DNA of 63,753 nucleotides, counting the filler. It is 11 parts of 11 records of this genome, joined end to end, with 100 filler letters (N's around TTAATTAATTAA, not from the genome) between each part and the next. Parts side by side here need not be neighbours in the genome. Positions count along the whole stretch, not along the records: positions 44,832 to 56,500 come from SRR7504441_7440; positions 56,601 to 59,693 come from SRR7504441_7447; 9 more parts are not named here. The stretch is one strand, 5' to 3'. The notes beneath the pieces were generated by a model. That model was not told where the DNA came from and did no database searches. It saw only the letters and a list, made by a program, of their open reading frames with translations. Positions within the stretch are counted from its first letter, which is position 1, and the number at the start of each line of letters is the position of its first letter. Below are positions 47,294 through 58,630 of this stretch, in pieces. The translations under genes and the position numbers were made by a program.

Positions 47294-50157
47294 ATGAATG
47301 GCACGATCGTCGCGGGGCTCCTGCTCTCGGCGGCCCTGGCAGCGGCCGCCAGCAGCGACGGTCTCACACTGGCTCTGTACAGCAACACAGTGCTGACAGG
47401 CGAGCCGATGTCGACCCACACGCTCCAGGCCGCTGACCTCGCCCCGCTGGCCATCCCGGCCGACCGACCGCTCTCGGCCGAGCTCACCGGCACCTTCTCG
47501 CCGCCCGAATCCCCGGCGGGCGGGTGGAGCTGGCGGTGCAGGTTCAGCAACGTGGAGCTGGCCTTCGTGACTGTGGACGGCCACGCGGTTTGCAGCGGGG
47601 CCGCCCGGTACAACAACACGGCCTCGGGGATGATGGACGATACCGGCTTCCGGTTGTTGACCAAGCAGTCGCAGCTGGTGGTCCGGGCCCAGATATACCA
47701 CCTGCGCCCCTCGGTGGGGACCGTCCAAGCCTCCATCGAGCTGTGCGCCCAATCCGGCTGCACGCCGCTGCCAGGGCTGTCAGCACGGCTCCCGCCGGCT
47801 GAGCTGGAAAGGCGTAAGCTGCAGGCCGGGATGGCGCGCGGATGGGGCAGCTGGCTGCACCGGGATATTCTGAGCGTGGTGCTGCTCCCTGACTCGGCTG
47901 TGCTGACAGTGCAGATCTGCCAGATTTCGACAGGCGTTTGCCTCAGAGAAGCGCAGATTGATCAGAATGGAGGCAGCCCGGGGCAAAGCAGGGAGCAGCA
48001 CCGGTTCGTGAGGGTGGGCAGGCATGCGATGGATCATAGCTACTCGCAAGTATACGTGAGGTATTCACAGGAGCACCAGCAGATGCCCGGTGTGAACGTT
48101 TCAATTGAATATGCCACGAACGGCCCCAGTGGGCGTGGGCTTGACCTGACAGTGACCCCCGTGGCCGAGCCGGGGATCAATGCCAGCGATTTTGCCGTTG
48201 CCTTTGCTGGCAGCTTTGGCTGGGATCGCGTCGGTGAAGCAATGGCCGAGGCAGCCACGCTCCAGCTGACCGGTTATGGTCTGGCCAAGGTGAACCTGCA
48301 GTCCACTGCACCAAACATCCAGGTGGCGGGTGTGCTGCCCCCAGGGGGGCTGGCAGGAGCGAGCTGCAGCAGCCACACCGACTGTGCCAGCGGCCACTGC
48401 TCGTGCAATCACTGTTCATGTCATCAATGCAGTAGCCAGCCACCGGGATGCGCCCCGGGGTCCGATAGCGGGGTCTCATCCGGCTGCGGCCTGTGCACAA
48501 ATCCCGTCGCAGAGCTGCCACACGTCGGTGCTTTGCTCAGTAACGGGCCCGTTGGCTTCACGACACACACTGACTTGCAAGCGACCCCACCAGCCCTCGC
48601 CGGAGTGCTCGAGCGGATCTCTGCCATGCGCAAGGCCGAGGAGGAGCACGACACTCGCTTTGGGCTCAACGAGACCGCAGAGCTCACAGAAGCGCTCACA
48701 GCGGCGTTATCGTGGCGGAATGTGTGGACGGGAGGGGCCGAGGATGGGCCTGTGCTGCCTATGACTTACGGCTTCTCTTGGATCACTCCCACGAAGCACG
48801 GGGCCAGTGCCGACTGGAAGTACGTTCTATTCTGTTGGGATAACATCTTTGCCAGCTTCACTGCCGGAGTGCTCGGGTACCGCGACGCAGCATATAGCAA
48901 CTTGATACAGATCGTCAAGGCCAAGTCTCGAGACGGGTTCGTGCCCAACTGGGCCGCTGGTGGATCTAAGAACACGGTGGCCGAGCCGGCCGTTGCAGGC
49001 AGGGTGCTGCTCGAGCTGTACCAGCGGTTTGGCGAGATTTGGATTGTGGAGCTGCTCTTTGACGATCTTCTTGACTGGAATAAGTGGCAATGGAGCAACC
49101 GGCGGACTGTCTCTGCGCACGACTGTTGCACCGAACCGGGCTTCATCACCATAGGCAACGATTACACCAACTGCACGGGGACTAGTGGGAACTGTCCGGG
49201 TGGAGGCGAGTCTGGGTTAGACCAGTCGCCGCTGTGGGATTGTCCTGGGGCTTTGCCCGATGGCTCTGGAGGCAACTGCTCGGTGTTTGAGACTAAAACT
49301 GGTCTTGGCCCCAATCCGAGCCATGTGCTGCAGATCGGAGATACCCAGTCCACTTCACTGTTTGTGCATGACGCCATGTGCCTCGCGCAGCTCGCGCGGC
49401 TGCTTAGGCGAACAGCTGATGAGAGGTTGCTACTTGACCGCGCGTTACAGATGCAAGCACAGCTCCAAAAGCTTTGGGATCCTACGCGGCGCTTCTTTGC
49501 CGATCGGTTTGTGCTCTCCGGTGAATTCTCGACTAAGCTGACACCAACTGCTGTCTACCCGCTGCTTGCTGGCGGAGTAACAGCCGAACAGGCTGTGGCT
49601 ACTGTTGGGCATCTTGCCAACTCATCTGAATTGTGCGTCTCGGCTGATTTTGCAGAGAGCAGCCCTGCCCTCTGCTACTGGGGCTTGCCATCTGTGAGCA
49701 GGTCAGACATTGCCTACATGCAGCCACAGAGCTACATCTACTGGCGAGGTGCCGCAGAGTAGCTTGACGGCACTTGAAATGTAGTCGCAGGGAACACGTG
49801 GGGCCCGATGACGCTTTTGACGTACTGGTCACTGTGCGAGTTTGCTCGACAGCGCAACTCTTCCGCACAAGCAGCCGTCGAGGACATCATCGGAGCACTA
49901 GCAACGCAGAAGCGAGCGCAGCTAATGTGGCATTGGAGAGAGCACCGGTGAACCCCTAGTTGGCGCTAGCTCATCTCCCGGTGGGTAGGCACATATGCGA
50001 GAACTATAGCCCTTACAGCCCGTCGTCTGCGGCGGCGCCGGGGAACAACCAGGTCAATACGGAGTGTACCGGATGGCAGTTTTATAATTGGGGAGCGCTC
50101 AATGGACTTCCGGCGTTGTTAGAGTTAGAACGCGTGAAAGTAGCTGCATCTAAATGA
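47294..50157 (+). CDS. Secreted GH63/MGH1-like glycoside hydrolase with N-terminal accessory domain and Cys-rich insert
   Basis: Signal peptide; YVLFCWDNIF, GFVPN, ESGLDQSP, YWRG..W, HICENY, FYNWGALNG. Confidence 0.75.
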
Positions 50158-50950
50158 TTTTAGAATCGTACCTGTAGTATTGTTCTTGCGAAGCTACGCT
50201 TCTTCAACACGAAGACAAGGCCAGCCAGACGAGACAACAACAACATCCGAAAATGGAGTCGGCTGCTCGTGCCGGGTTGTAGTGCCAGCTGGTGCGGCGA
50301 TGCGCCGGGCTAGCCGCGACGAGCTGTTTGCCGGGAGCCTCGCGACACCTCGAGCTACGACGGCGCGGCGTGCAGAGCGCACAACGTCGAGCCGAGCAAG
50401 AGCAGGAGCAGAGGGTGCACATGGTCCAGAGGGAGAGGGACCGGGTGTTTGCGCTCGGGGCACAACGGGCTGTCTCGAGAGTACAGTCCAAGTTCCCAAC
50501 AAGATTGTTCCACGCACTAGAGCGACGGTACAGTCGGAACATTGGTGAGACACAGTCCCCAATGTTCCGCGGGGGGGCGTGGGAACTGCCGCCGCCTCGG
50601 GGCGGACGAGCAGCCCGCATGGCGAGGACCCGGCCGCACACTGCAGCTGTGGCTCGGCCCAAGAATGCTACGGTCAGGCCAAAAACTGCTGGCGTGGTGC
50701 GACGAGTTAGCTAGAGTGAAATGCACGTCGGTACAGCCTATACATTTTTGTTGTGCGTGGCTCTATGCGAGGGAGCGATAAAGACTTGAGTCCATAGGCC
50801 GCTGATTTTAAAAAACTGACGAAAACCCTTAGCGCTAGTTTTCAACCTCCAAGTACGCTTGCAAAAACGCTACTTCTTCTCAGGAGCCCACCCGGACCGC
50901 CTCCAAACTGGCCAATGACGTCCGAGCAGCCCCGTCTATCTGCCGAGGGC

Positions 50951-51458
50951 CTACTTCTGGCTCTTCTCCCAGGCGGCCTTGTCCTTGGCAGCACGGATCT
51001 TGTCCTTGGCCGCCATGGCCTCGTACGGCTTCCTGTCCTTGTCGCTTGTCTTCTTCCACATGCCGCCGAGCTCCTTCCCGACCTGCAAACACCCGGATCA
51101 GCCCCGGCCCCCGGCCAGCGGCTCACCTGGCCGAAGGCGATCCCTGGGTTCTTCTTCATGACCTGCCCGCCGCTCGGTCGAGCCGAGCCAGACCCTGCAC
51201 CGAAGCGCGGTTCTCGTTCACGAAGAACATGTACGCGCCGCAAGCGCCTGTCCCAACCCCGGGTCAGCCCCGCTGGACTCGGGAGCCGGCCGCGTTCCCC
51301 GGGCGGTTTCTAGGCTAGGGTTTTCTGTCACGTTTGTAGCCGGGCTTCTCCTTCTTGGCCTTCTTGATGCCCTTGGCAGGCTTGGACTTGGCCGACTTGG
51401 CCTTGGCCGCGGGGGCCTCGTACTGCAGCTTCTCAGGGGCTTTGCGCTCGCGGACCAT
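50951..51458 (-). CDS. NHP6-like single HMG-box protein, 3 introns
   Basis: Spliced [57 protein letters not shown]. Confidence 0.93.
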
Positions 51459-51751
51459 GTTTGAGAGATATGAGTGCACCGCGGTGGCTCTCGAGCAAAC
51501 GATGTTTTCTGGGTCCACAACGGACGCGACAAGCACCTCGTGAGAGCTGCAGCGTAGTGTATACCCAACCTCTGGTGGGGGGGTAGCGATAGCTCCGTGA
51601 GCGTCGCTCACAACACTGCACGCTGGCGATAAGTCGTGAGGTGGCGTATAGTGGCCGGCACTCTGTAAAAGGCAACTAATTGCATTGCACGCTAGCAGCT
51701 CGCCTAGGGCAGTCATCTACGTGTTATCGTTGGGTCACTAGACGTTACTCA

Positions 51752-52642
51752 CTAGGCCAAATCGCGCCTCGGTGGCTGCACAATCCGGTGCTCGCGCTCG
51801 AAGGCAGTCCATCCGCTCTCCATCTGGGCGGTTTGCTTGCCGTAAGTCTTGAACTTGGCTAATATCACATCCATCTCAGCATCCGGCAGCACCACCGGCG
51901 GACCGAACGCGCAAGCCAGCTGGTACTGCTTGGCCAGCGTCTCGACCTCGCTCGCCACGTACAGCGCCTTTGGCAGACTAGTCGAGTACGCGATCACTCC
52001 GTGGTTGGCCAGCAGGCACGCCTTCACACGGCCCGCACCCATGGCCGCCACGATCCCATCCGAGAGCTCCTGGCTGCCGAAAGTGGCGTACTCGGCGCAA
52101 GGGATCTGCTTGCCGCCGGCCACGCCGACCATGTAGTGGAAGGCCGGGATGCCGCGCCGCTGAGTGGAGAGCGCAGTGGCAAACGCCGAGTGCGTATGGA
52201 CCACGGCCTGGGCCTCGGGAAAGTTGAGGTAAACGTCCCGGTGCATCCGCCACTCGCTGGACGGCATCAGCTCCCCGTAATACCCGCTCTCCCGCTCGTC
52301 CAGATCCACAAACACCACTTGCTCGGGCCGCATCGTGCCGTACGGCACACCGGAGGGCGTCACGAGGAACCCGCCCGGCACCCGGCACGAGACGTTGCCC
52401 GAGGTGCCCTGGTTGATCCCCTCGTCGTTCATCCGCTGCGCCGTCGCAATCACTTCCCGCCTCGCCTCCAGGTGACCCCTCCAGCCGGCTACCTGGCTGC
52501 ACCGCTCGCCGGAGTCGCAGGCCGCTATAGACAGGCCGGCGGCCGCGGCAGTGAGCCCTGCGCCCACCGCCCGGCCACTTCGGCTCGAGCGGCAGGCGGC
52601 TGCCAGGGAACTGCCGAGCAGACGTCGCGCTCCGCGCAGCAT
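51752..52642 (-). CDS. fucA: Class II aldolase, FucA-like, with N-terminal presequence; intronless
   Basis: GTSGNVS, TPSG, PSSEWRMH, VVHTHS, HYMVGVAGG, YATFGSQELS, LLANHG, KFKTYG. Confidence 0.85.
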   Translation of the reverse strand: MLRGARRLLGSSLAAACRSSRSGRAVGAGLTAAAAGLSIAACDSGERCSQVAGWRGHLEARREVIATAQRMNDEGINQGTSGNVSCRVPGGFLVTPSGVPYGTMRPEQVVFVDLDERESGYYGELMPSSEWRMHRDVYLNFPEAQAVVHTHSAFATALSTQRRGIPAFHYMVGVAGGKQIPCAEYATFGSQELSDGIVAAMGAGRVKACLLANHGVIAYSTSLPKALYVASEVETLAKQYQLACAFGPPVVLPDAEMDVILAKFKTYGKQTAQMESGWTAFEREHRIVQPPRRDLA

Positions 52643-52659
52643 GCTTCGAGCCGGTGGAG

Positions 52660-53869
52660 ATGACGGAGCAACGGATCAGTTCCAACTGCCTTGGGGTGCA
52701 CCGGGAGAGCTCGCAAGGCGGCGTCTCTTATGCCGCAGGTTGTAATCCTGCAGGACGGCGCTGAGCCGGCGGTCTCGGTCGAGCTCCCGCTGCCGGGTAC
52801 GGCCTCGGTGTCCATATGGCGCGACCCGGGCCACCAGTGCAACATCGAGCCGTCGGCCGACCCCGGGCTGTGGAAAGCCTCCGTGGTGGACCGCGTCACG
52901 ATCGACCTGCCCGGCCAGCGCACCACCGTCCGGCTCACGGACCGGTCCGAGCAGCAGTTTGACACCCCGGCACGCATCCAGCGCCGGCTGCGCCAGGGCG
53001 GGGGCGCTGGGGGTATGGGGCGGGTGTTGCTAGATTATTGGGCCAGCCACTTAGTCTCCCAGCTGGCGCTCCCTCAGAACTTGGCGCTCTGGCAGCTGAG
53101 CAGCCAGCTGGCCGCCGCGCGGGAGGAGCAGGCCGGGGCCTCCGAGGAGTTGCAACGGGCCTCCGAGCAGGTGGCCCAAATCAAGGAGAGCGCCCAGGCC
53201 ATGCGCCGAGGGATAGTCCGCGAGCTGGATTCCGACTCAGATCTCAGCCGGATTCCGGCCGGGGCGCTGGAGTGCCTGGCGGCTGGCCTAGACAGCGACG
53301 TGGAGCGGGCGCGTGGGAGGCTTATGGAGCAGCAGTCAAAGGTGGAGTTGCGGAAGGCCAGGCGGGCGTCGGCCGAGGGAGAATCGCTCGGCAACGAAGC
53401 GGCGGGCAGCGCGGGGGAGGGTCCGAGCGAGGAGCCGGAGGAGCCGGAGGACCCGATGAGCCCTGTGGGGGCTGCTCGGCAGGAGAGGGATCACTGGCAT
53501 GTGGAGCTGCAGCACCTTCTCGAGGCCAAGGCGAGCTTTGAAGCGCGGTTCAAGACGCTCGCCGGGTCGATGCGGAGCCGAGCCCGGCAGAAGCTGACGA
53601 ATCTGTTCCAGGGCGCCCCGAGCATGATATGCCGGATGAGCCTGTCTCACCAGTCTCTGTGGGACGCACTCCAGCTGGCCGTGAACAGCCGGCAGCAGGC
53701 ATGTGAACAACTGGACGATGCGCTTAGGCGGCTAGGGGAGGCGGAGCTGCAGATGGAGTGCACGCAGAAGACGATCGACGCGGAGGTGGCCAAGATGCAG
53801 CAGAATGGGTTTGCGAGGGACAGCCTGACTAGGCAAGATAGCTTCTCCCTCCCGCAACCTGAGGCTTAG
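52660..53869 (+). CDS. Coiled-coil hypothetical protein; start at 52660 (spliced) or 52730
   Basis: Long GC3-rich ORF; a short GT-AG intron links ATG 52660 in frame to VVILQDG. Confidence 0.6.
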
Positions 53870-54153
53870 GGTTGTCGGGGCTTGAGCGTAAGAGCTTGTT
53901 TCAGTGCCGCCGCGCCTAGTCCGACTAATTGATTAAAGGCACGCAAGTTGTAAAAAATATTGGTACGTATACGAGTAAGAGTACGTACGACGAGTACATG
54001 TACTCGTACATAATGATCATTGGAGACCTAATGGTATTGACTACTCCTATATATAATGTGTCCTGGCCAGCTAACAACTAGTACTATAATAAATCACTGA
54101 TATAATAAGTGGTTGCACAATTGGAAGTTGAAGGGTTAATCTCTCGTGCGCGA

Positions 54154-54749
54154 CTAAACCTCTTGAGGTCCCGTGCTCCGCCGCTTGTAGCCGCGCTTTT
54201 CCCGTTCGACTCTCTCCGCGTCCGCATCCAGCACGTACGCCAGCATCTGGCTCTCCTGGTCAGCTGTATGCCAGTACGAGTGCGACGTCCGCATCCAGGA
54301 CGGGGCGCCAGTCTTGTCTGGCGGCCCTGTCTGGGTGTTTTTCAGCTGCATGTTCGCCGCGATCCTGGTGCCCGCGTGCAGCTGCGACCCCCTGCCCCGC
54401 CCCAGTCGCACCGGCGGCTCAGGCGGGACTCACCGGATCTGGCTGCGCTTACCGACCGTGCACCTGCCCCTGGGGTATCGGCTCCGACCCAGCCAGGGGG
54501 CCACCTGTCGCCCAGCTCCGAGCCCCGTATATCGGCCCCCTCGCGTATCGTGCACCGCTCGCCCACCGAGGATCCCTTCCGGATCCGGGCGCCGCTCAGC
54601 ACCTCCGATCGGGCCCCAACGGACGAGTCGCGGACCGAGCAGCCGGCGTACAGCCTGGCGTGCGGCCCGACTGTGCTGTTGCGCACGGTGGCCCCAGGCT
54701 CCACCACCGCGCTCGGATCGATGCTGCACGAACCCGGTTTATTCCCCAT
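54154..54749 (-). CDS. Small left-handed beta-helix (hexapeptide-repeat) protein, 2 introns
   Basis: IDPSAVVEPGATVRNSTVGPHARL...SSVGERCTIREGADIRGSELGDR/CTVGKRSQI. Confidence 0.7.
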
Positions 54750-54858
54750 GATGCGAACCCTCTTCGCCGACTGCCCGCGGTGTCACGGCGATAATAACGG
54801 ACGCTGTAACGGAAGTTTCTTCGACTTGATCAATCACGGGAGCGGGTGGCCGGGGCGT

Positions 54859-55253
54859 ATGGAGGCGGTGGCTGAGCCCGGCAACGTGTCCGCCGAGCAC
54901 GGTGGGGCCGATGGCGGGGCCTGTCTGAGGAGTAGGGCGCAGGCGGGAAGAAGGAGCACTCGCGGTTCGAGGTCAAAAAGTACAATGCGGTGGCCATGTG
55001 GTCGTGGGCCATCTCAGTAGACACGTGCGCCATATGCCGCAACCCGCTGTACGAGCCCAGCCTCGAGTACCAGGCCGGGAACGAGTCTGAGGCCGGGCTT
55101 CAGATCGCCTGGGGCGCCTGCGGGCACGTTTTCCACCTGGACTGCATCGGTCGGTGGCTCAAGACCCGAAACTTCTGCCCGCTCTGCAACAAAGAATGGG
55201 AGTTCGCCAAGATCGAGAAGATCGGCACGTTCGACAACGCCGACACCAGCTAA
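54859..55253 (+). CDS. RBX1: RING-box protein Rbx1 family, intron 54902-54942
   Basis: [15 protein letters not shown]...CAICRN...[32 protein letters not shown]. Confidence 0.92.
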
Positions 55254-55637
55254 CCGGCACCGCGCGCCCGCCCTCCCGCGGGTGGGGCTGGCCCGTTCTC
55301 CCGGTTTGGACCGCCGGCTGCCGAACCACAGACCGTGGGGCTGGCCACGTGCCGGGCGTGATCAGAGGCAAAACCGGGGATTGTCGGGCGAGGTGAGTGG
55401 CCGCTGTACTGGGGCCTTAGCCAAGCGACCAGCGAGGGGGGTGCGTTTAGAGGGGTAAGCATGTCGAGGGGGGCGGCGCTTGGCCCGAGATCTATCAGAT
55501 CCGAGGAGGAAGGACAAAGCTATTAAACGGGCGAGCGTGCTAGCACGGCCTTATGCGCAACCTGGATAAACCCTTGACAGCTTTTATATTGAATATTATT
55601 AGGTTTTATAAATGCACGCATCACCGTATACGTACTT

Positions 55638-56164
55638 TTAGTTCTGTGCGGAGGGGTTGCTAATAAAAGTGTTCTCCCCGCTCGACTTGGCGGATTTGCG
55701 CGCCTCCATCGACATGTTCATCTCGGTGCGGAACGATGCGCTGTCCTCCAGGACCTCCTCGAACGCACTCCGCATCGCCTTGGCCTCCTGCCTGGCCCGC
55801 TCGGCCCTCTGGCGCGCCGCCTGCTTGAACGCTTCGTGCTGCTGGCTCATCCGGTCATGCGCCAGACTCAACACCTCCTCGTACATTGACGTCCCCCCCA
55901 CCGGCTCCGGCGCCGGCTCCCCCTCTGCTTCACTCCGGTCGGCCCCCAGACAGTCCTGCCGCAGCTGCTTGGCCTGCTCCTGGAACTGACGGAGCGCCGA
56001 CAGATCCTGATCCGGCTGCTTGCCCGCTTCCCGGCCCGCCGCCGACAGCGCCTCGGACAGCTCGGCGTGCAGGTCTGCCACCGCGTTAAAGCGGTCGTCA
56101 TCCGAATCCGGATCCTCCGAGCCCATGGCCACTCCAAAAGGAAATAGCGGACGGTTCTTCCCAT
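55638..56164 (-). CDS. Hypothetical helical protein
   Basis: 164-aa ORF with coding-like codon bias; start uncertain. Confidence 0.5.
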
Positions 56165-56665
56165 GGTGCGTTTCGTTGAAAAATTAATGACCGGCGCTCG
56201 GGCCCCGATGGTCAAGATTTGCAAAAGCGACAGCAGAGGCGGCGGCGGCGCGCGCGACGAAAGGCCACTTTACCACTTGTAAGCACCCCCGCTAGCGCTC
56301 CGCACCGCGACCCTCTTTCCTTCTCTTGAAAGGACACCCCAACCAAGTCTGATCAAGGTCGCGCAGGTCGGTTCACCTTCCGGAGTACTGAGGGGGGAGC
56401 TCGGGGCATCCAGCCATTGGACAGCCGGGTCGGCGCAGTAGCAGTACTCTGGGTACGACCACCCGCAGCCCGAGCACCAGGCCAGCTCCCGAACGTCCAT
56501 NNNNNNNNNNNNNNNNNNNNNNNNNNNNNNNNNNNNNNNNNNNNTTAATTAATTAANNNNNNNNNNNNNNNNNNNNNNNNNNNNNNNNNNNNNNNNNNNN
56601 CAGTGCTGAGCGGCCGGGATGAAGGAGGTGCCCTCTAACTTGACTAACTAGCGTACCAAGTACAG

Positions 56666-58243
56666 ATGCCGGCTCTGCTGTGGGCCTTATTGGCGTGGTG
56701 TGGGTCGGGCCGGGCCGACTGGCGGTTCCTGGACGAGTACCCAGCGCAGTACGTGGCCCAGGCGCTCGGGCCAGGCCAGGCGATCACGGTCGACGGCAAG
56801 CTGGATGAGCCGGGCTGGAGGGAGGTGCCGTGGATCGACCCGATGGTAGACATCACCCGACACCAGAACGAGGCACTGGACGCGGTGCCCAACGACCTGC
56901 AGGCCCGGGTGAAGATCCGATGGGACCAGGACTACTTCTACGTCGGCGCCGAGCTGAACGAGCCGTACGTGACTGGGCAGCTGTACCAGCACAATCACGT
57001 CCCCCCGTACCACGATAACGACTTTGAGATATTCATAGATCCGTCCGGGACCAGCCAGTACTACATCGAGTACGAGATGAGCCTCCTCAACGCCACTTAC
57101 GACATCAAGTGGGGCAAGCCGGACGGGACCGCGATGAAATGCGCCAACCTGCCGCCCGAGTGGCCCGCGTTGCCCACCTGCGTCAACACGAGCTTCCCAG
57201 GGTACTTCGGCAACTGGACTATGGCCACACAATACCACCCGGGGCTCCCACCCGCCGTCACCAACGGCACAGCAACCGAAGGCACGCATGGCAGCACGGC
57301 GGCTGACCATGCCGGCGACACCGGGCTGCTCGCAGCCACCAGCTGGGATCCGGCTGCATTTGATCGGTACAGCTACCCGCACTCTGTCTGGAGCCTCGAG
57401 GTGCGCTTCCCCATCAGGCAGACTCCCGGCTATTCCACCCGCGCTCTTGGGCACGGTGCGCACGGCGGCCTACTCGACGCCGACCCTGTCAGGCAGCCGG
57501 TATGGGATACCTACGATCCGGCTCTTGGGGACGCCGGACCGGGCAGGCCGCGGTACTGGTGGGTAAACTTTGCCCGGGCCGAACACATCCGGCTCTTCAC
57601 CATGAAGGATGGCAGCCAGGCGATCTGTCCAAAGAACTGCACCCAAGCGATGGAGCAGGCAGTCAACTCGACAGCGCTCCAATCCAGCCCGTGGGCCAAG
57701 CAGACTTGGCCAACCTTCCTGGGCGGCGGGTACTGGGAGTGGGTGTGGGGCCCTGTCGGTGACGCCAGGCCGGGTGTGGGGTACATGCACCGACCGTCGA
57801 GCTTCCCCCTCGTTCAGTTCGCGGGCACCAAGGGCGCCCCGCTCTGCAGGAATATTGAATTTCCGGGGAGGCATGTAGCCAAGGCCATACACCTGGCGCA
57901 GGAGCAGTTCTTCCAGCTCGGGAACAAGACCATTTACAGCAGCCGGATCGCACCGTTAGTGAGCGAAACCTACTGCAACCAGATGCTCAGCACCAGCGAT
58001 ACGTGTGACCTCAGTGCTTTCAGCTATGCTTTCAAAAATCCAGCGATCTTCACTCTGGGGGTCGAGGTCATAAGCAACATCAGCAAGCTAACCCGCAAAT
58101 GCCCCAATCGGCCGTGTTACATCGCCAGCGTGCGGGTGGCTGTCCCGGACTCGGGGGGCTATCGATACGTCGTGAGGATCAATTCCAACCGCGATACCGA
58201 GGTCAGCCACAGCCCGACCAACCCGGTTGCGCCGTGCTTGTAA
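56666..58243 (+). CDS. Secreted CBM9/DOMON-like carbohydrate-binding protein; intronless
   Basis: Signal peptide; ITVDGKLDEPGW, KIRWDQDYFYVGA, DNDFEIFIDP, WWVNFARAE, WVWGP, MHRP. Confidence 0.75.
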   Translation: MPALLWALLAWCGSGRADWRFLDEYPAQYVAQALGPGQAITVDGKLDEPGWREVPWIDPMVDITRHQNEALDAVPNDLQARVKIRWDQDYFYVGAELNEPYVTGQLYQHNHVPPYHDNDFEIFIDPSGTSQYYIEYEMSLLNATYDIKWGKPDGTAMKCANLPPEWPALPTCVNTSFPGYFGNWTMATQYHPGLPPAVTNGTATEGTHGSTAADHAGDTGLLAATSWDPAAFDRYSYPHSVWSLEVRFPIRQTPGYSTRALGHGAHGGLLDADPVRQPVWDTYDPALGDAGPGRPRYWWVNFARAEHIRLFTMKDGSQAICPKNCTQAMEQAVNSTALQSSPWAKQTWPTFLGGGYWEWVWGPVGDARPGVGYMHRPSSFPLVQFAGTKGAPLCRNIEFPGRHVAKAIHLAQEQFFQLGNKTIYSSRIAPLVSETYCNQMLSTSDTCDLSAFSYAFKNPAIFTLGVEVISNISKLTRKCPNRPCYIASVRVAVPDSGGYRYVVRINSNRDTEVSHSPTNPVAPCL

Positions 58244-58630
58244 GTCACGGACACCGTCAATTGATCTGTCGTGAATACACCGCAAAACCCTAGCAAAACC
58301 CAGTCAGTAGCATTCTAAGTAACATTCTAAGTAGACTTGTTACTGAGCAAGTAAATAATTACCTATAGTAAATTAGGGGGGTTGTAGGGGGGTTGCTCGT
58401 ACGCGTACGATCAGTACGATCGGTACGATGAGCGAGTTAGTTCCTCCACTCGTTCAACATAGCAGCTAGATCTAGATCTTTTATAATAATAGACTCTCTT
58501 TGGAACACCTGACTCACAAATGGCACCGTTGCCGTGTCAACCATAAATAAGTATGTACACAATCTGGTCACAGCGCCTTCACACTAAACTCGAGAGTTGA
58601 GTTGACCACCGAGTGTAGCACCCAATCGAG

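Noticed and set aside
51305-51330. Telomere/telo-box-like words (AAACCCTAG here; 12243, 53866, 58284; GGAATTA x3 at 15787)
   Set aside because: One to three copies in mixed contexts; too few to call telomeres or a regulatory element.
47294-58243. GH63 + FucA + CBM9 as a sugar-utilisation cluster
   Set aside because: CBM9 is on another contig, and GH63 and FucA are separated by unrelated genes.
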